A stretch of 64,000 bases of DNA from Dictyostelium discoideum. Lineage: Eukaryota. Each line of letters opens with the position of its first letter. Position 1 is the stretch's first letter. The stretch is from positions 32,001 to 96,000 of the forward strand of contig CM000152.2 in NCBI GenBank assembly GCA_000004695.1, written 5' to 3'. Shown in pieces: positions 1-14,272 of this stretch. The position numbers and the translations under genes are program-made. Below the pieces are notes generated by a model that saw only the letters and a program-made list of their open reading frames with translations, was not told the DNA's origin and did not search any database.

Positions 1-369
1 TTTTTAAAATATTATTACATCAATTTTTTATTAATTTTATTTTTTGAGTGAAATTTTATGGGTGAAATTAGATGATTTAAAATTATTTTTTTTTTTTTTT
101 TTTCACACTCTTATTAACCCAAATATTTAATTGCATTTAAAACTACACAATTCTGTTCCAAAAATAATTAATTATGATACAATCCACTGATGGTTCTAAC
201 AAATAATAATGCTTAGATGGCAACAAATAAAAAATAAAATAAAAAATTTTTTGGGAATTTTTTTTTTTTTTTTTTTTTTTTAATATTTTTTTTTTTTTTT
301 TTTTTCAACAATAAAAAAGAATTTTATTTTTTTTATTTTTTTTTTTTTTCAGATCTGCAGATATTTAAA

Positions 370-788
370 ATGATTGGTATAGTTTCAAAATTAATAAGAC
401 AAGGCACGGGTAAACAAGCATTAAAAGGTAACCTTGTTACAGTTCACTATACTGGTAAACTCGACAATAATGAAGGTAAAAAGTTTGATTCATCAAGAGA
501 TAGATCCACACCATTCTCTTTTGTTTTAGGTAATAGTCAAGTCATCAAAGGATGGGATGAGGGTGTATTAAATAAAAAAGAAGGTATGGTTATATTTAGT
601 TGATAATACATTATTTATTACAATCTCTTTAATGGTACTAATTTTTTTACTTTATATTAACCCAAGGTGACCTCATTGAACTTACCATCCCACCAGAGTT
701 TGGATACGGAAATCGTGCTATTGGCCCAATTCCTGCAGGAAGTACACTTTTCTTTGAAGTTGAGCTCTTAAAAGTTGACCAAAAATAA
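370..788 (+). CDS. FKBP-type peptidyl-prolyl cis-trans isomerase (FKBP12-like), 2 exons: 370..583, 667..788
   Basis: ORF 370..603 encodes [50 protein letters not shown] (FKBP signature). GTATGG donor at 584 and an ..CCCAAG acceptor at 666 join in phase to ..[39 protein letters not shown]. Length and spacing match FKBP12 ([15 protein letters not shown] vs GVAQMSVGQRAKLTI). Confidence 0.8.
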
Positions 789-995
789 ATAAAATCTCTC
801 ATAAAAAAAAAAATAAAAAAAAAATAAAAATAATAAGAATAATAAAAAAAAAAATTACAAGAATTTAAAAGCTCACCACGGGTTAGATATTTTCGTTCGT
901 GGAATGATATTTTTTTAAAAACTGTTTTTTTTTTTTTTTTTTTTTGAAAAATGTTTTTTTTTTTTTATTTTTCTTAAAAAAAAATAACACCAACA

Positions 996-3253
996 ATGTC
1001 ATCATCAATAATTGATAAAAGAGAAACAAAAAAAATTAAAATTGATAATAAAGATTTAAAGTTTAGTTCAGATAATATTTTCTATGAAAAGATTTGGAAG
1101 AACATAGTAATAAAGAATAAAATATTATCATTTTTAGAAATAAAGACATCTAGATTATTGGCAAAATATAAAAGTAATAAAATTAAACTCGTTAATAATA
1201 ATTTAGAATTGGATCATTCGCTATCAAAGACATTATATGGAGAAAAGAAATATTTCAAATATGATGAAATGATTAGTGTTGAAAAGATGTTAAAATATGG
1301 CAACAAAGAATTATTTAGGTATAAAGTATCTAGAAATGAAAAGGAATCAATGGTTTTCTCTGAAAATGATTCATATCGTATCTTTCAAAAATTTAAAGAC
1401 CAATTTAAAGATTATCAATTCTTTCAAGATCTATTTAATAACTATTCAAATTATTTCAAACCGAATCAACTTTTCGATATAGTAATAATATGTGATAATA
1501 TAATTGCTTTCAAAATTATAATAAATAAATTAAATACCATCATTTCACCCGAATTATTAAAATATTCTATAAAATGTGGTGCAATTGATATAGTCAAATA
1601 TCTTTTAAATATAATACAATCAAATAATAATAATAATTTAAAAATTGAATCATTTAAATTAAATGAAATAGAAATTATTAAAATTTTAGATGAAACGATT
1701 AAACCTAAATTTAGAGAAAGATTAAATAGGTTTTATGATAGTGATGAAAGGTATAATTTTTCAAACGATGATACTTTAAATGATTTTGGATTTAAATCAA
1801 ATTCAAGGGACGAATTCAATGTATTATATGATGTTTATAAAAATAAAAGAGTTTTTCTCTGTTTATTGAATATAGGAGTTACAATACCAACTAAAACTAG
1901 CAAAACCATTGAATGTTTATATAGTTTACATTCATTTGAAATTGATGGTTGTTTTTCAATTCTTCAACTGACATTAGAGTTTCTATTGGAATTATGTGAA
2001 ACCATTTACTATTTATCAGCATTGGTAGTTAAAGGTAATGATGGTATTGAATGCTCCAATAAAATTCAACAATTATTACCATTTGAAAAGTTTCAAACAT
2101 CAATAAAGAATTCATTCAATCAACAAGAATTAAAATTAACATTAAAACAACTGTATAGTAAATCAGAAAAAGTACAAGTAGAAATAATTCAACTTTTAAT
2201 TAAATCACTTTCAATGGTTTCTTATATTGATCGTAAAGATTATGAATTTAATGATCTTGAAAATGATATTCTCATTGATAAAGATGAAAGAATTCTAATA
2301 GAACTAGTTAATAATAATAATAATTCACAAAATGATGATTGTCAACATTTATTTAAATCTTTGAAATCAACAAAACATTTTGATATTCTTTATTCAAATG
2401 ATTACTATAAATCAAAATTTCAAATTCAATTTTTATTAAATTCATTTTACGATCTAAGCATTGATAGTTATTTATATAATCATCATGATATCTATGAAAA
2501 ACATTTAATGCTAATTTTATATCATTTCAAAATAAAATATCCAAATGATTATTATAATCAAATTAGTAAATTAGATTTCTTAAAAAATAAAAAACTACTT
2601 TCAAATGATTTCATTTGTAAAAATTATCAAGATTTTAAAGAGAATATTTTAAAATGTAATCAAAATAATAATAATAATAATAATGGCGAAGGATATTGGT
2701 CAACTTATTTTAAAGAACTTGAATTTTTAAATAGTCCATACCATGAAATTACCTTATCAACTCATTTGAGTTTAAATCAATTTATTTCAATTTTAGAATT
2801 AACTCCAGCTCAACAACAGTATAGTTGTTTATCAAATCCAGAGATTTTAGCATGGATTTTTGAAAATAGAGATTATGATTTAAAATCTGGTAGATGTATT
2901 CAACCACTGAATAAAACATTATTCAGTTATTTATTCCATTCAAATCAATTATCAAAAGCATTGAATGATATCGATTATTTTAATAATCCAGGTGAACGTG
3001 ATCATCGAAATTATCAAGATCTTTATGATCCTGATCATCATTTATTTGAAAGAATAAGTGAAGATGATGAGAATTTTGCTTTGAGAGAACTTTTATATAA
3101 ATTAAAATTAAAAAAATTAGAAAATCAAGGTGTTGATAGATACAATACACTTTTCAAAATATCTTTATTGAATGAAAGTGCAGTAGATAAAATTGTTAAA
3201 TTTAATTATTTAGACGATTTAGAAATAGTTTATAATTTTATAAATAAAATCAC

Positions 3254-3302
<49 letters not shown>

Positions 3303-3686
3303 CAAATAAATAAATATTTATTAGGATTAAAAAAAACATTGATTTTTAGCATTGGAAATTATAATAGAGTTTCTTGTTTAAAATTATTATGGATTTTGGA
3401 TAAAGATAATCAATCTTTCTTTTCCAATGGTAATAAATTATTAAGATATATATACACTCAAAAATTTAATTCTTGTGAAGTTCTCTCTGAAGTTTCTGAC
3501 ATTTTAAAAAATGACTTGGATTTTTCTAAAAAAAAAACAAAAAAACAAAATAATCATGAAAATGGGTGTGAGGAAGAAAGTAGTGATATAGATGAAGAAG
3601 ATGAGGACGGTAGTAATATTGATGAAGATGGCAGCGATATAGATGAAGACGAGCATGTAAATGAATATGCTGAAAGTGGAAATTAA
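996..3686 (+). CDS. hypothetical Asn/Lys/Ile-rich protein (896 aa) with acidic Asp/Glu C-terminal tail; no recognised domain
   Basis: Long uninterrupted ORF with Dictyostelium codon bias, an internal (AAT)n poly-Asn run and a C-terminal EEDEDGSNIDEDGSDIDEDE tail. A-rich sequence precedes the ATG. Confidence 0.5.
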
Positions 3687-3994
3687 ATAAAATAAAATAA
3701 AGTAAAATAAAATAAATAAAAAACAATAATAAAAAAAAAAAAAAATAATAAAAACTAGAGTAATAATAAAATAATAATAATAAAAAAAAATCTAATACAA
3801 TAAATACTTTTTTTTACATTAAAAAAATAAATTTAATGTAAATCAATAAATCAAAAAAAAAATAGATTTCTAAAGATATTTTAAAAAAAATATTTTAAAA
3901 AAAAAACTAAATAAAAAAATATAAAAAAAATATAAAAAAGAAAATGTGATGGTTATTTTTATAAAAACTAATTAAAAAAAATAATTAATAAAAA

Positions 3995-4050
<56 letters not shown>

Positions 4051-4054
<4 letters not shown>

Positions 4055-5113
4055 TCAAGAAGGCACCAGCTAAAACAACTGAAATTGGAAAACCAACTAT
4101 TCGGGTGACCAAAAATAGTGAACCAAATATCGCAATTTTTTTACATCGTCATCATCATCAACATCGTCATCTGGTAGTGATGAATACTCAATGTATTCAT
4201 CATCATCATCATCACCACCATTATCTTCTGGTAATGAAGAATCCTCGATATATTCACCCCATACAACAGTGAAACCGAGTGGTATTTCAAAACTAGCCGC
4301 TCAACATTTAAAGAACCCAGCTCCAGCCACACCAGATTCAAAAGAAGCACCAAGGGTTTCAAGAACATTAAGATCCCAATGTATTAACATCATCCTCTTC
4401 ATCATCTTCATCATCATCGTCATCACCATTATTATCCTCTGGTAGTGAAGAACCCTCAATATATTCATACTATTCAAAAGTAAAACCCAGTGGTGTTTCA
4501 AAACCAGCCGCTCCATATTTAAAGAAACCACAAGAAAATTGGCCAGCTCCAGCAGCGCCAGGTTCAAAGGAAGCACCAAGATTACTAGATCTCCCAATGT
4601 ATTAACATCATCGTCATCATTGTCATCACCATCATCATTATCATCCTCTTTATCCTCTGGATATGAAGAATCCTCAATATATCAGCCTCTAGATCAGCAA
4701 ACCCCAGTGTTGCTTTAAAACCAGCTCCAAATAAAAAGAAGTCAGCACCAGCCCCTCCACAAACAAGGAAATCACCAAGGGTTTCACGATCAAATTCATC
4801 ATTATCATCATCACCATTATCACCATCATCATCACCATCATTACTGTCATTACAGTCATCACCATCATCCCTATCATTACCGTCATCACCAACACCATCA
4901 TCACCATCATCACCATCATCATCACCATCATCACCATCATCACCATCATCATCACCATCATCACCATCATCACTATCATCACCATCATTATCATCTCTAT
5001 CCTCCCCAAGAGCAAAGAGAGCAGCACCAACCCCTCTAAATTCAAAGGAAGCACCAAGAGTTTCAAAACCAAATTCAAATTCTTCCCCAAGAAAGAAAAA
5101 AAGAAAAATTTAG
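4051..5113 (+). other. putative N-terminal tail region of the H3-variant gene: ATG at 4051 (MVKKAPAKTTEIGKPTIRV..) followed by 3-4 tandem ~200-280 bp units, with frame discontinuities between units
   Basis: Each unit encodes SSG(N/S/Y)EE(S/P)SIY..KPSG(I/V)SK.AA..LK.PAPA.P.SKEAPR(V/L)S, separated by (TCA)n Ser/His/Ile-ambiguous runs. Repeat landmarks: ggtaatgaagaatcctcgatatattca at 4229, ggtagtgaagaaccctcaatatattca at 4441, ggatatgaagaatcctcaatatatcag at 4660; ..aaagaagcaccaagggtttca at 4341, 4567, ~4766 and 5046. Unique segments sit in frames 1,0,1,0,2 successively. The last unit (frame 2: SPSSPSSSPSS..SPRAKRAAPTPLNSKEAPRVSKPNSNSSPRKKKRKI*) stops 2 codons before the histone fold in frame 1. 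An (A)60 tract lies immediately upstream of the ATG. Confidence 0.4.
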
Positions 5114-5385
5114 TATTAAGAGAAATTAAGAAGCACCAAAAATCGGATAAGCTTCTTTTACCTCTACTTTCTTTTTCTCGATTGGCCAGAGAAATTTTGG
5201 ATGGTTTCGGCACTAATTTAAGAATCACTCCTGGTTGTCTTATAGCTCTTCAATATGCTTTTGAATCCCACATGACTTTAATATTGGAGAATTGTGGTAT
5301 TATGGCTTTTTATGGAAAAAGAAAAACCATTAATAGAAGTGATATGAGACTTCATTCGAGAATTTGTCCACTCTTTAAAAATTAA
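5107..5385 (+). CDS. histone H3 variant (divergent, CenH3-like) histone-fold domain; as given it is out of frame with the upstream tail by 1 nt at an A7 run (5093-5107)
   Basis: Frame-1 translation NLVLREIKKHQKSDKLLLPLLSFSRLAREILDGFGTNLRITPGCLIALQYAFESHMTLILENCGIMAFYGKRKTINRSDMRLHSRICPLFKN* aligns residue-for-residue with H3 alphaN-alpha3 ([84 protein letters not shown]). ORF-table entry 5182..5385 is part of it, with a TTG pseudo-start. One extra A in the A-run would fuse ..SPRKKKRK to NLVLREIKK. Confidence 0.75.
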   Translation, partial: NLVLREIKKHQKSDKLLLPLLSFSRLAREILDGFGTNLRITPGCLIALQYAFESHMTLILENCGIMAFYGKRKTINRSDMRLHSRICPLFKN

Positions 5386-5702
5386 AATACCCTCAAATAA
5401 TATATAAAAAAAAACATAATAAAAATTTAATTTAAAAAATAAAGTTATTTATATTTATAAAAAATTCCACAACTGTTCCTTTAATTTTTTTTTTTTTTAT
5501 TTTACTGAATTATTAAATAAACAATTAAATAAAAAAAAATAAATAATAAATAATATTAAATAAAAAAAAACTAAAAAAAAACAATAAATTATAGATATAT
5601 TAAAAAAAAAAAAGATTTTAGATAGAAATTAAAAGAAAGTAAGAATTGATAAATATATATTAGAAGCAAAGAGATAATTTTATTTCCTTTTTTTTTTTTT
5701 AT

Positions 5703-7178
<1,476 letters not shown>

Positions 7179-7262
7179 TTCTATTGTGGTGTTGCATCGT
7201 GGGTGAGTTAGTGGATTTGGATGGTGTTTTTTTAAAAGAAAAAAAAAATGAAAAAATTAAAT

Positions 7263-7306
<44 letters not shown>

Positions 7307-7335
7307 CAAATCATTTTTTGCAAGTAGCAATATCA

Positions 7336-7431
7336 ATGATAATTGTAAAACCTTATTGGGTCGATCATCATGGTAAATAGAATTTAAAAAATAAAAAATA
7401 AACAAAAACATAAAATTAGAAAATGTTTTAA

Positions 7432-7471
<40 letters not shown>

Positions 7472-8956
7472 ATGATACAGGAACACCAATATTTTCAATT
7501 GATGTGCACCCTGATGGTAAAAGATTAGCTACATGTGGAGGAGATTCAAATATAAAAATATGGAATATTGAACCAATATCCGATGAGATTATGGAAGATG
7601 ATGCTGATGATACAAGCAACAAAAGAACAACAACACCAACACCAAAATTATTATATTCAATTAATTATGCACATTCAAAATCAATTAACAGTATCAAATG
7701 GTCAAAAGATGGTAGATATTTAGCATCAGTTTCAGATGATAGAGAATGTATAGTTTGGACACTTTCACCATTTCAATCAGCAAATACACCAGAGATTTGG
7801 ACGAGTATAGTTTGCCTTAAAGGTCATAGTGCTGATATCACCGATGTTATTTGGTCAGCAGATAATCAATTTTTAGCTACTTGTAGTTTAGATAAAACAA
7901 TTTTAATTTGGGAAACTACTAAATTTGGTATCTATATATTTTATACTATTTATTTATTTATTTTTATTTATAATTCTTGTTATTCTAACTTTTTTTTTAT
8001 TTATTTTAGGAATTATAAAAAAGTTAGAAAAACAAGAAAAGTTTATAAATGGAATTACATGGGATCCAATGGGTAAATACTTGGTTTCACAATCAGATGG
8101 TTTGATATGTATTTGGAATACTATCAATTGGAATTGTGAAAAAGTAATTAAAGATGTTGTTGGTGGTTTAGATTTAAAATCTTTCTTTTTAAGATCAAGT
8201 TGGACACCAGATTCTAAATATTTTATATCAACTCAAGGTTTTAATAAAAATAATCATTCAGCTATATTAATAGGTAGAGATAATTTTATAAATAATCATT
8301 ATGGTAATCATAATGACAATGGTAATGATGATGGTAATGATGATGGTAATGATGATGGTAATGATGGTAATGATGATGGTAATGATGACACCTTTGAATT
8401 GGTAGGCCATACGGATGTAGTTTCAGTTTCAAAATGTTCTCCAATTATATTTAAAGATAATTCAAATAATTATTTTTCATTAATTTTATTAGGAAGTGTT
8501 GATTCAACATTCTCATTATGGTTATCACCACCTACTACTACTACTACTACTACTACCGATACCAATACCAATAATAGTATTAAGAGATCGCCACCTCAAC
8601 TTATAATGGTTTGTAAAGAAGTTTTTAAAAATACAATACAAGATGTTTCATGGTGTCCTGATGGTTTATCATTTTTTGTTTGTTCAATTGATGGAACTAT
8701 TGCCTATATATCATTGAAACTACATGAAATTAGTGATGGATCACTTCAACCTATCAGTCATAGAGAAAAACAACAATTCTTTAAAAAATCTTATAATTTT
8801 AATTTACCAAATGAAATAGAACTATTTATTCATAAAAGAAATCAAATACCAACTAAACCAATCACTAGAACTACCCAAGAAGTACTATCTACTCAAAAAC
8901 AGTCAACAACTTTAACTGGAAAGAAAAGAATAACACCAGTTACAACTACATATTAA
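7336..8956 (+). CDS. HIRA-like WD40-repeat histone chaperone (HIRA N-terminal beta-propeller homologue, ~476 aa), 3 exons: 7336..7372, 7481..7927, 8010..8956
   Basis: Exon 1 MIIVKPYWVDHH(G) with GTAAAT donor. Exon 2 (acag|) GTPIFSIDVHPDGKRLATCGGDSNIKIWN.. matches the HIRA N-terminus (MKLLKPTWVNHNGKPIFSVDIHPDG..ATGGQDGKIRIWN). The exon 2/3 junction (GTATCT donor at 7928, ..ttttag acceptor at 8008-9) gives ..WETTKFGIIKKLEKQEKFINGITWDPMGKYLVSQSDG, cf. HIRA LTWDPVGKYIASQADD. C-terminal ..GKKRITPVTTTY* resembles the HIRA RRRITP motif. Phases were checked against ORFs 7504..8076 and 7925..8956. Confidence 0.75.
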
Positions 8957-9607
8957 AAATTCTTCTATTTTTGTGGATTTAAATAAACATGGATTTAGAT
9001 TATAATTATAAATTGTTGGGGAACTGTAAAATAACTCTTTTATTAAAACAAAAAAATAAAAAAAAATAATTAAAGAAATTTTTTTATTTTTTAATTTCTC
9101 CAGATATTTTATAATAATTAAAAAAAATATATATTAAGTAAAGAAAAAATAAATAAATAATATATAGTTTAAATTAAATTAAAGAAATTATTATGCTTTA
9201 CAATTTTTTTTTTTTTTTATTTGTTTTTTGGGGATGGGAATTACAATAAAAAAAAAAAAAAAATTTAATTTTTAATAATTATGCAAAATAATAATTTCAA
9301 AAATCGTTTATATTTTTCCGTTTTAAAAATAAAAATAAAAAAAAAAAAAATATGAAAATAAACCTTGAGAAAAGAAAAAAAAAAAACGTTTTTAGTTTAA
9401 TTCTGAAAATTTCCACAAAATAAAAAAAAAATTTTTAACTTTTTTTTTTTTTTTTTTATTCATTTATGATTTCCTACATTTATTAACATAATATAATACT
9501 ATAATTTTATTATTTGGAAGTGCTCTAAATATAAAATTAAATTTATAAAAAATAAAAGAAAAAAAAAAAAAAAACAAAAAAAAAATATAAAGATAATAAA
9601 AACACAA

Positions 9608-9862
9608 ATGCCAATGTTAGATGAAAATGCAGATACATTTCAATTCCAACATTCATTATTTCAATCACCATACTCACCATCTAAAAGTGAAGAAGATGAT
9701 ATATTAAATAATAAAATAAATGGTAATAGCAATAATTGTATCAATATAAATAGCGGTAGTAGTAGTAATGCAACAAATTGGATAGATGATGATAGTTTTA
9801 CTCAACACCATCTATCACCATTAAAAAATCCTCATTTTCAATATCAACACCACAATAATTTT

Positions 9863-9897
<35 letters not shown>

Positions 9898-10450
9898 ACA
9901 TTTATCACCAATAAAACAAATTAATTTAATTGATAATGAAAATCATAATTGGTTTGAACCTACATCTTCAACATTATCTACATCTTATTCACCAAGTTCT
10001 GATATTTTATTTTCATCGCCCTCTCCTTCATCAAATATTTTATCAAATACTTTACCAATACAATTTTATCATCAACCACAACAACAACAACCACAATCTT
10101 TTCAATTTTTACAACCAAAAACAACTTTAATATCACCATTTTCTCCAAATCAAACTAATACAATTAATATGACACCTCAGTCTCAACAACAACTTCAACA
10201 ACTCCAGCAACTCCAACAACAACAACAACAACAACAACAACCTAAAAAACAAATTAAAAAACCCCTACCAAATTTAAATAATATGATTTGTAAGGAATGC
10301 AATATAAAATTAAAAGCAAAATATATAAGTTTAGATGAGGTTTTATTTATGTGTCCAAAAGAGGGTTGTTTATTCCCATTGCAAGAAAAAGAAATGTGTT
10401 CCTTTATATTTGATTCTTGTTTATTTAAAAGACAACAAAATAAAAAGTAA
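9608..10450 (+). CDS. hypothetical Gln/Asn-rich protein (280 aa) with C-terminal Cys cluster (CKECN..x..MCPKEGC)
   Basis: ORF with ATG 9608. PolyQ/N low complexity, then ICKECNIKLKAKYISLDEVLFMCPKEGCLFPLQE, a possible zinc-ribbon-like motif. Sits just downstream of the HIRA-like gene. Confidence 0.45.
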
Positions 10451-10509
10451 TTTATTATAATAATTTTATAAAGTTTTAAAAAAAATAATTATTTTATTTA
10501 TTTATTTAT

Positions 10510-12486
10510 TTATGAAAAATGAGCATCTAAATAAGAAAATAATTTAAAGTTTGATTTTGTATGTGAAATTAATTTATAATATTCCCAAAGTGCTTTATAG
10601 AGGCCACCAACAGTAACTTTTTTTAAATGAAGAAAACTAATCATTTGAGTTAATTCATCAGTAAATTCTTGATCACCAAATGAAAAGTAAACTAAATCAC
10701 GACCAGCTTGAGAACCAGACATTAATTGAATGATTGATTTCAAATGTTTATCACCACCAAAAACACCACAACCCCAATTACCAGTTGCAACAGGTGGTGG
10801 AATGGTTAGGGAGACTCTATCAAAGAAACCACATAATGATTTATTTAATTCCCTTTCCACAGCAGAAGGTGAAAATTGTTGAAAACTATTACCACCATGT
10901 GGTAACTTTATGGCATCCATAGCTACGATACTTGTTAAACGTCTACCCATTTGATCATATGGTGTTTTGTCAATGTATGGACCATTCCATTGGAAACTAT
11001 CACCATAACCTGTGTATTTACTAAAACGTTGACTTCCAGTGATGATAACAGTTTCATTCTCTTGTAGGATTGATGTGAATAAACAAGATACTAACAACTC
11101 TGGATTAATGACGAATCTAATCTCCTCTTGAACACAACCATAACCTAAAACACCACCACCCAATGATTTATTTGCGAAATCAGCTTGTAACATACCAATG
11201 CCATTATCCTCGATTGTGCCCTCTGTAAAACAAGTTAAATCTCTTAATGTTGCAGTTGATCTCTCCCAATCGGGTATTTCACTCTCATCGAAAACTTGTC
11301 TATGAAATGATATTGTACCAGTTGGTGTTTTTTCGGTTACACATTTAAAATAATGAAATATACATTTTAATTTCGCTGCTCTACTTGGAATCATTTTACC
11401 AGAAAATAATGAATGGAAATTAATTGATGGGAATTTATCTTGATTTCCACCTCTACGATAATGATTATTATTATTGTTATTATTATTTGAAGTTATATTA
11501 CCTTGACGTGGAAAAGTACAAAGGAAAGCATTAGCCAATAAGGATGAAACTTGTTTTTGTGATAAAATGATTTCACGATCCACTGAACTCTTTAATAATG
11601 GTATTGGACGTGCACATAAAAATGGTAATTGTAATGCAAGTTTTATAATCTTTGGTAATGTTTGGCTAAAAAATTCATTGGTTTCACTCTCTGTAAATTC
11701 AGTTTCAAAGAAATCATGTAATCCTTGGAAATCCCAATTACTTCTTTGATTGTATGATTTAACTGCCTCTTCAAATGCTTCAGAGTTTTTGATTGGATTT
11801 GATAAAATCGTATTAATTAAATACCATTTACTTAAATATCTAACCTCTGTAACTGTTTTTATTTCATCTTCAATCGCATAACCACCATCGAGTGTAGTTT
11901 GTGTTAAACCACTCGATTGTCTACTTGTGGTTTTAACAGTAGCTTTATAAACATTATTCTTTGAACATGGTAACTTTACATAATCTGAATTCCAAACATC
12001 AACATATTTCTCACCCTCTAATGGTATTAAAAATATAGTATTACTCTGTTGTTCTTCTAATAAAAAATCATCAATATCTTCCATTTTATTATCTATATTT
12101 GAATTTGAATTTGAATTATTATTTATATTTGATGTTGAAGTTGTTGTTGTCGTCGTTGTCGTATTACTACTTTTTGATCTCTTTACTTCATTTTGATTTG
12201 GTAAATTATCATCAATCAATTGAGTTTGTTCAATTTCATCATTTTGAACTATTTTTGGTTTATTATTCTTATTTGATTCAATCTCTTTCGATATATAATC
12301 CAATTGAGTATTATTTACAATTGTATCTGTTCTTTCAATTTGTTTTCTTTTATTACTATTGTTGTTATTATTATTATTATTGCTATTATTATTTTTATTA
12401 TTATTATTTTCGTTGCTGCTGATGTCGCTTGGTGATTTCACTTTTGTAAAATAGTTTGTAATTTTACCTTTGTCTGGCGAAGACAT
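10510..12486 (-). CDS. poly(ADP-ribose) glycohydrolase (PARG)
   Basis: 658-aa ORF containing the PARG catalytic signature ..GGGVLGYGCVQEEIRFVINPELLVSCLFTSIL.. (GGG-X6-8-QEE) and conserved flanking macrodomain-fold blocks. Confidence 0.8.
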   Translation of the reverse strand: MSSPDKGKITNYFTKVKSPSDISSNENNNNKNNNSNNNNNNNNSNKRKQIERTDTIVNNTQLDYISKEIESNKNNKPKIVQNDEIEQTQLIDDNLPNQNEVKRSKSSNTTTTTTTTSTSNINNNSNSNSNIDNKMEDIDDFLLEEQQSNTIFLIPLEGEKYVDVWNSDYVKLPCSKNNVYKATVKTTSRQSSGLTQTTLDGGYAIEDEIKTVTEVRYLSKWYLINTILSNPIKNSEAFEEAVKSYNQRSNWDFQGLHDFFETEFTESETNEFFSQTLPKIIKLALQLPFLCARPIPLLKSSVDREIILSQKQVSSLLANAFLCTFPRQGNITSNNNNNNNNHYRRGGNQDKFPSINFHSLFSGKMIPSRAAKLKCIFHYFKCVTEKTPTGTISFHRQVFDESEIPDWERSTATLRDLTCFTEGTIEDNGIGMLQADFANKSLGGGVLGYGCVQEEIRFVINPELLVSCLFTSILQENETVIITGSQRFSKYTGYGDSFQWNGPYIDKTPYDQMGRRLTSIVAMDAIKLPHGGNSFQQFSPSAVERELNKSLCGFFDRVSLTIPPPVATGNWGCGVFGGDKHLKSIIQLMSGSQAGRDLVYFSFGDQEFTDELTQMISFLHLKKVTVGGLYKALWEYYKLISHTKSNFKLFSYLDAHFS

Positions 12487-12638
12487 TTTTTTATTGTATG
12501 TATTATATAAGTGTGATTAATATCACAGTGGTGTTAACTATTTTTTTTTTTTTTTGATCTTAAATTTTATTTTATTTTTTATAAAAATACAACAATGAAC
12601 CAAATCAAATAAGATTATTAGATTTTATTTAATTGAGG

Positions 12639-12673
<35 letters not shown>

Positions 12674-12704
12674 AAAATTAAATTTATTAATAAAATTAAA
12701 AAAA

Positions 12705-12739
<35 letters not shown>

Positions 12740-12862
12740 AAAAAACTTTTTTTTTCAAAAAAAAATAAAAATTATCAGAAAATATAAAAAATCATTTCAT
12801 TTTTTTTTTACGAGATATTTTCGTTCTGTTCACAGTTTTGGTTTTAGTAAAATATTCTTAAA

Positions 12863-12913
12863 ATGGAAATTAATAAAAATGATAATAATAATAATATAAA
12901 CAATAATAATATA

Positions 12914-13012
<99 letters not shown>

Positions 13013-13824
13013 CAAAATAATAATCAAAAAAATAATTATAGGAATTATAAACCAATTAAAACAGGTACATTAATACAACATCAAATATTACAACAAACAT
13101 TAAGTAATTTTCAAACAAAGAATAAAGTATTTCAATTGGGAAGCGATAAATTAATATTAATTTTCAAAGAAAATGAAACCATTTATTTCCATGGTACTAT
13201 TCAAGCACGTTCAATAATTGGATCGGTAGAAGTTTATGGATATACAATTACACCACAATCTACTACATACTATCCAATTTATTCACCATTTTGTTCACCA
13301 ACTTTATCAATTACAAGTAATAATAGTAATAATAAATTATACACATTAAAAGAAATAATAGAAAATCAATTAATTAAAATACCAGAATTAGTTAAAAATA
13401 AATTAAAAGAGAATGAAAAACAAATTGAAATTGATGAACCAACATTAGCAATTTCATCAATTATAGTATTAAAGATTTTAGATGATCATTGTGAAAATCC
13501 TAAAATGTTTACAAAGAAAAAGATTGAAATCATTGATTCATTTAAACTTTTAAAAGGTTTTTATCCATTATATCAACCAGATTTTAATACTCAATTATTA
13601 ACAATACCAAATGAATGGTTAAATTTAATAAATACTCAATTCTTATATAATGATCATTGTAATAATAATGGTTTATCAATTTTAACTTGTGGTGAAAGAA
13701 ATGTTGGTAAAAGTACATTTAATAGAATTTTAATTAACAAACTTTTAAAAAAGTATGTATATTATTAAATAATTTATATATATTTTTTAAAATATAATTT
13801 ATTAATTCTTTGTATTATTTTTAT

Positions 13825-13862
<38 letters not shown>

Positions 13863-14207
13863 TATACACATATAATTTTTATTGAAACTGATACAGGTCA
13901 AACTGAATTTACACCAAGTGGTATAATGTCAATTGATATTATAAATTCGCCATTATTAGGACCACCATTTACTCATTGTAAAAATAATCCATTAAAATCT
14001 TATTTCTTTGGTGATACATCACCAAAGAATAATCCAGAATATTTTTTAAATTTATCATTTCAATTAATTGATTGTTGTAATTTAATAAAACAACAATATC
14101 CAAATATACCAATAATTTTAAATACAAACGGTTGGTTAAAAAGTTTAGGTCTTCATTTAACTCAAGAAATTATAAAATATTTTAAACCAACATCAATAGT
14201 CCAATTA

Positions 14208-14272
<65 letters not shown>

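Noticed and set aside
4689-5228. 179-aa minus-strand ORF (Met/Val/Ile-rich) overlapping the H3-variant tail and fold
   Set aside because: Reverse-frame read-through of the (TCA/CAT)n codon repeats. It gives a poly-(M/V) composition and no conserved motif, whereas the plus strand carries the recognisable histone fold.
12830-13055. poly-Ile and poly-Tyr ORFs on the minus strand
   Set aside because: Reverse-frame artefacts of the (AAT)n poly-Asn run at the start of the Grc3/NOL9 gene.
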